From Octopus sinensis (lineage: Eukaryota), in assembly GCF_006345805.1 (NCBI RefSeq), contig NW_021825466.1, positions 1-15,473 on the forward strand: a stretch of DNA of 15,473 nucleotides. The letters are read 5' to 3'. Each line of letters opens with the position of its first letter. The stretch's first letter is position 1. Under the pieces are notes generated by a model, which was given only the letters and a program-made list of their open reading frames with translations, was not told the DNA's origin and did no database searches. The position numbers were made by a program, and so were the translations under genes. Below are positions 10,366 to 15,473 of the stretch, one piece after another.

Positions 10366-10714
10366 ATGTAGGTATGTGGGATAATACATAAATACACACG
10401 CTCATACGTATCTAGGTATACACACACATAAATATTTACTTACACATATGTAAAGATATATAGGAATTATTAATCGGGGAAAATATACACATACAGGTAC
10501 ACACACATACAGGTGCATACATATATGGCTGTATGTAGAGACATACACCAATATGCCATTAGAAGTACAAACACACACGCACATACCAATATTGACTTCT
10601 GTATATCGTGATATATAATTTATGTATTTCTCTATATACGAATATAGACTTTTTAAATGTGGATATGTATATAAAAGTTTCTATATTTACATAAACGTGT
10701 GTGTAAATATTTTC

Positions 10715-10759
<45 letters not shown>

Positions 10760-11107
10760 ATCTATCTATCTATCTATCTATCTGTGCATGAATATATACA
10801 CACAATGTGTATAAATGTATTCACAATGTGTTCTAAATGTATTATTCTTAAAATAATTGTCATTATACGTATATAATATAAATAAATACAAAGATAAATA
10901 AGCGAACCACCACACACACAGGGACGAACTTAAGAATATATATATACACACACACACACACATACTGATACACACATACACACACAAAGACTTACATGTA
11001 CACGCACATACCGGCGCGTGTGTATATTTATTTGATATTTTGATCTGTCTATCTATCTATCTAACTATCTATCTACCTATCTATCTATCTATCCATTTAA
11101 AAGCATG

Positions 11108-11152
<45 letters not shown>

Positions 11153-11159
11153 ATATAGG

Positions 11160-11203
<44 letters not shown>

Positions 11204-11847
11204 ACTATATATATATATATATGTTGTAGGTATTTAAATGTATACACAGTTATTATTATTAACGTAGAGGTATTATAATTTCTCCACAAATGCTTCTGCC
11301 TAGTGGACATGTGTCTACACATGCAACGGAACACATCTTAAGACACAGGGACATATATACTCACCACATCCATATTTATGTGCGTGGAGTTGCTTTCAGC
11401 ATTATATATACATACATACAACATACATGCATACATATTTATTTATATTTATTTATTTATATTTAATAATACATATATATATACATATATATATATATCT
11501 ATATATATAATATATATATATATTATATATATATATACATAATATATATATAAATAGGAATGTGTGTGCATGTGTATGTGTATATATATATATGCACATA
11601 TATCTGTATATGCATATATGCATGTGTGTCTGTGTATGACCGATTACAACATATGTGTGTGTGTGTGTGTGATATCTCTATGTATGTATATATTATATAT
11701 ATATATATACACATATATATATATATTCATATGTATATATATACATATATATATACACATGTATATATATATGTATGTATATATATATGTATGTATATAT
11801 GTATGTATGTGTATTGATATATATATAAATGTTCGTGTTCGTGTGTG

Positions 11848-11889
<42 letters not shown>

Positions 11890-11903
11890 GTGTGTGTGGT
11901 GTG
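9955..11903. repeat. Large compound microsatellite field (AT, AC/GT, TCTA, TTTA) with short unique islands
   Basis: Directly visible. It includes (TCTA)n at 10715-10783 and 11043-11095, and (TG)n at 11850-11887. Confidence 0.95.
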
Positions 11904-11915
11904 TTTCTACCCCAG

Positions 11916-12012
11916 GTATGATGTTAGACTCTAAATGCCGTATCGAATCACAATTATATGTTATAATGGTCATCTTACTGGTATTAGTTGATAAAATCTC
12001 CATGTCTTCCAG
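11916..12012 (+). CDS. Candidate 97-nt exon; open frame [31 protein letters not shown] with a signal-peptide-like hydrophobic core
   Basis: A unique island between (GT)n and (AT)n, bounded by the acceptor tttctaccccAG|G (AG 11914-11915) and the donor CAG|GTagct (GT 12013-12014, weak at +5). Only one frame is open. No protein family is recognised. Confidence 0.3.
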
Positions 12013-12028
12013 GTAGCTCTGTACTATA

Positions 12029-12029
<1 letters not shown>

Positions 12030-12104
<75 letters not shown>

Positions 12105-12225
12105 GTATAGATAGATATATACAACATATATATATATATACATATATATAAATATAAATATATATATATATAAATACATATATACATACATATATATATG
12201 TGTGTGTGTTTGTGTGTGTGTATAA
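12030..12225. repeat. (AT)n-dominated microsatellite field
   Basis: Directly visible. Confidence 0.95.
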
Positions 12226-12407
12226 TATTTGTGCTTATTTTACTGTATAGTAATCTTTCGGGTCGTCTGCTTTCAATGAATTTCACAATCTTCTATATTT
12301 ATGTTCATATCTGATTCCGTTATTAACTCTTTCGAAATAGTTCTTTTTCTTTTCTTTTTTTTTACTTTTCTTCTTTTTTTCTCGATTTTGTTGAATCGTA
12401 TTTTAAG

Positions 12408-12452
12408 ACCATTTTACATTCAAAGTCTGCAATGTTAAAAAAGAAGATACAG
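12408..12452 (+). CDS. Candidate 45-nt phase 1-1 micro-exon encoding an Ig-like E/F-strand motif ([15 protein letters not shown])
   Basis: It starts at the first AG (12406-12407) after a long pyrimidine tract (about 12341-12390) and ends at a weak donor CAG|GTttat (12453-12454). The translation resembles the Ig I-set motif LxIxNVxxEDxGxYxC, but the genomic read-through lacks the Cys. Confidence 0.2.
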
Positions 12453-12474
12453 GTTTATACACAGATATATCTTT

Positions 12475-12532
12475 TCTGTCTCTCTCTCCCTCTCTCTATC
12501 TCTATCTCTCTCGCTATCTCTATCTCTCTTTC

Positions 12533-12595
<63 letters not shown>

Positions 12596-12786
12596 GTCTA
12601 TCTATCTATCTGTCTATCTATCTATCTATCTATCTATCTATATATATATATATATATCTATATATCAATATATCCGTATATCTATATACATATGTATTTA
12701 TGTATTTCGGTATATAGATAGATATATTCAAATACATTTGCATGTTTATGCATTTATGTTGCAGACACACACACAGACACACACAC

Positions 12787-12838
<52 letters not shown>

Positions 12839-13663
12839 CACACACACTCACACACACTCGCACACATATGCTCATTGTTTTATTGTTTCATCATAAACAC
12901 ATTTAAGCCGTAAGACTTTGGGTATCCTGGATCACCGCCATGGTAATTACATTTTCAATGGACAATATTATGTATGTATACATGTATGTATGTATGAATC
13001 TATGTATGTATGTATGTATATATGTAAGTATGTATGTATGTATGTATATATATATGTATTCATATGTAGATATACATATATTTATGTTTCTGTAAATATA
13101 TATAGATGTGTATCCATCGATATATCTATATATCTATTATCTATGTATGTGTATGTGAGTATACATCGAAGTAGATATATATAAATGACGCTTGTATATA
13201 TATATACATGTGGGGAACACATACGCCAAAGAAACCGAGAAACCGGGTCCATGAAAAGGGGAAAAAAAAAGAATAAAGATATGTAAACATACATATGCAC
13301 AACTGTTTACGTATATACATATATAGTTGTGTACGTATGTGTGCAACCATGTTCTATATAAACATGTATATGTGCACATATATTTATACCTATATATCTA
13401 TCTATATGTCTATTCATCCATCTATAAATCTGCATACATATATATATACATACATTCCTATATTCATATTTATGTATATATATGTATAAATATAGTCGTA
13501 CACAGTCCCACATATATATATACTCCTATACATATATTTATATCTGCGTCTTTATCGCTATATGTATGTACATATCTATCTATGTATCTGTCTGTCTGTC
13601 TGTCTCTGTTGATCCAGCCATCCAACCATCCACTCACCTAGTCACCCACCTACACATGGAGCC

Positions 13664-13727
<64 letters not shown>

Positions 13728-13730
13728 GGT
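12475..13730. repeat. Compound microsatellite field (TC, TCTA, AT, AC, TATG, TCTG)
   Basis: Directly visible: (TCTA)n at 12533-12640 and 13664-13727, and (CA)n at 12792-12837. A short unique island lies at about 13200-13270. Confidence 0.93.
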
Positions 13731-13745
13731 GGACGCGCCTGATAG

Positions 13746-13967
13746 GATTGGAGACAAACACTTTCCTCTCTCATCAACTTCTTCAAGTATCACTTGAAAA
13801 GGAAAGTGAGAGTAGAGAGGCAAGTTTTGTCTAGCGTAAGTTTCAAAAAAAGATGGGGGAATGTAGCAAGGATGGCACGTATGAATGACGAAGCTACCTT
13901 GAGCATAATCCTATGAATCCGGAAAATTTAAAACAGTGGGTTACCTCCTTACAAACAAATGCGGTAA
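13746..13967 (+). pseudogene. Possible degraded RTE-type LINE ORF C-terminal remnant
   Basis: The frame reads KKRWGNVARMARMNDEATLSIIL*IRKI*NSGLPP. This loosely matches the RTE-clade post-RT motif RWAGHVARM...W...GRPP, with two in-frame stops at 13914-13916 and 13929-13931. Matched by eye only. Confidence 0.28.
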
Positions 13968-14256
13968 CATGTAACATTATTGACCAATGTCACCGTGGTC
14001 TTTTCCGGAGGCTTTTCTTCCCACGAATAAACCTTATCTGCTTCCCCCTTTACACTTTACATCATGACACTGTGATACCCGATCCTCATGGATCGTTTTT
14101 TTCTTTTTTTTCTTTTCCTTTTTTCTCTTCTTTCCCTTTTACGATCCCTTTTGATCGAAAACCTACCACACTTTTTTTTTCTCTCCACAAAACAGAAAAG
14201 CTCTACTTTGTAATCTGTCCCGTTTGTGTGCAGCCCTGTGTGGCTAATAAAGAAAC

Positions 14257-14360
<104 letters not shown>

Positions 14361-14857
14361 CCAGTGTGTGTGAATGTGTGCATACATTTATAGATGCATA
14401 CATATCTGACAGCCATTTAGCAGTACTGTTAAACGATAGTTTCGACAGCCCTGCGGCTTTTGTCCTGATCTTTTGTGTTCCCATTTGAGATACCGACAAC
14501 ATGTTTTATTTCCAATTTTTCCACGCTAACCATGGAAATATCAACCAAAGACGGATTTTGCAGCGTCTTCTACAGCATAGAACCCGCGTTATGCTTCGGC
14601 TTTCCTTGTGAGAATGTTTGCTGCTGAGTTTATAAGATCCTCGCATCAAAAGGCATCCATTGTATTCCGTTAATCGACTTGTCGAGGCGGCGTAAGTCTC
14701 AGAGACAACGTAGGACATGTAGTTACAATCTTGCAAGTGATGTCAAACCCCGTGTGTGTCTGTATATGTGTGGAGTAGTAATGTATGTATGTACGTGTGT
14801 ACGTATGTATACTTCATATATGCGTACATAAATACATGTATGTATGTATATATATTG

Positions 14858-15050
14858 TTTTATTCTTTTACTTGTTTCAGTCACTGCGGCCATGCTGGAG
14901 CATCGCCTTCAGTCGAACACATCGACCACAGGACTTAAACTGTTTTAATCGTAGTACTTATTCAGTCGGTTTCTTATGCTGAACGCTAAGTTACGGCGAC
15001 TTAAACACACCAAAGTCTGTTGTCAAGTGATGGTGGGGTCAAACACACAC
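14858..15050 (-). mobile_element. 3' half of a SINE (fourth family), ending in an internal (AC)/(AT) microsatellite
   Basis: The plus strand reads TTTTACTTGTTTCAGTCA..CTGCGGCCATGCTGGAGCA..CGCTAAGTTACGG..TTGTCAAGTGATGGTGGGG..AAACACAC. It resembles the reverse complement of an abundant octopus SINE 3' region as I recall it (unverified). No tRNA head is present in the window. Confidence 0.72.
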
Positions 15051-15169
15051 GCAAATACATGCACACACATATATTGCACACATACACACATGATATATGA
15101 ATATAATACATATATATATATATATTTATATATATCTAATATATATATATATATATATACATACACGTG

Positions 15170-15460
15170 GAGGAGCGCAATGGCCCAGTGGTTAGGGCAG
15201 CGGACTCGCGGTCGTAGGATCGTGGTTTTCGATTCCAGACCGGGCTTGATTGTGAGTGTTTATTGAGCTAAAACACCAAAAAAAAAGCTCAACGAGGCTC
15301 CGGCAGAGGTGGTGATCCTGCTGTAACTCTTTCATCACAACTTTCTCTCGCTATTCTTCTGTTGGCCTGCTCGCTTAGCGCGGGGGGTGGTGGCGTCATT
15401 CAAAGGCTAAAACAGATGTGTAACAACATCTGATGGTCTAGTCAGTCACGTGATCACGTG
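15170..15460 (+). mobile_element. tRNA-derived SINE with TCACGTGA tandem tail
   Basis: A box TGGCCCAGTGG (15181-15191) and B-box-like GGTTTTCGATTCC (15224-15236). The head and body are homologous to 3306-3497 on the minus strand. The tail ends TCACGTGATCACGTG (15446-15460), and the copy is flanked by (AT)n on both sides. Confidence 0.88.
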
Positions 15461-15473
15461 CTATATATATATA

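Noticed and set aside
15172-15245. tRNA gene-like sequence (also 3430-3497 on the minus strand)
   Set aside because: A and B boxes are present, but the anticodon and acceptor stems do not pair and the sequence continues into a repeat body. These are SINE heads, not tRNA genes.

Overview
AT-rich, microsatellite-saturated eukaryotic non-coding DNA, probably intronic or intergenic. The compound (TA)n/(CA)n/(TCTA)n fields and the interspersed repeat families resemble what I recall of Octopus genomes; this is an inference that needs a BLAST check. No complete protein-coding gene is supportable, and most ORFs in the track are translated microsatellites. The supported content is four SINE or SINE-like copies (two share a tRNA-derived head but have unrelated tails), a 362-bp non-autonomous Helitron-like element, and a possible degraded RTE-LINE remnant. 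There are also two weak candidate exons. The most notable object is a palindrome at 6378-6619 with arms of about 100 bp. Each arm carries a minimal type I hammerhead-ribozyme motif of the kind associated with Penelope-like retroelements: the minus-strand copy has an intact core, and the plus-strand copy has a core substitution.
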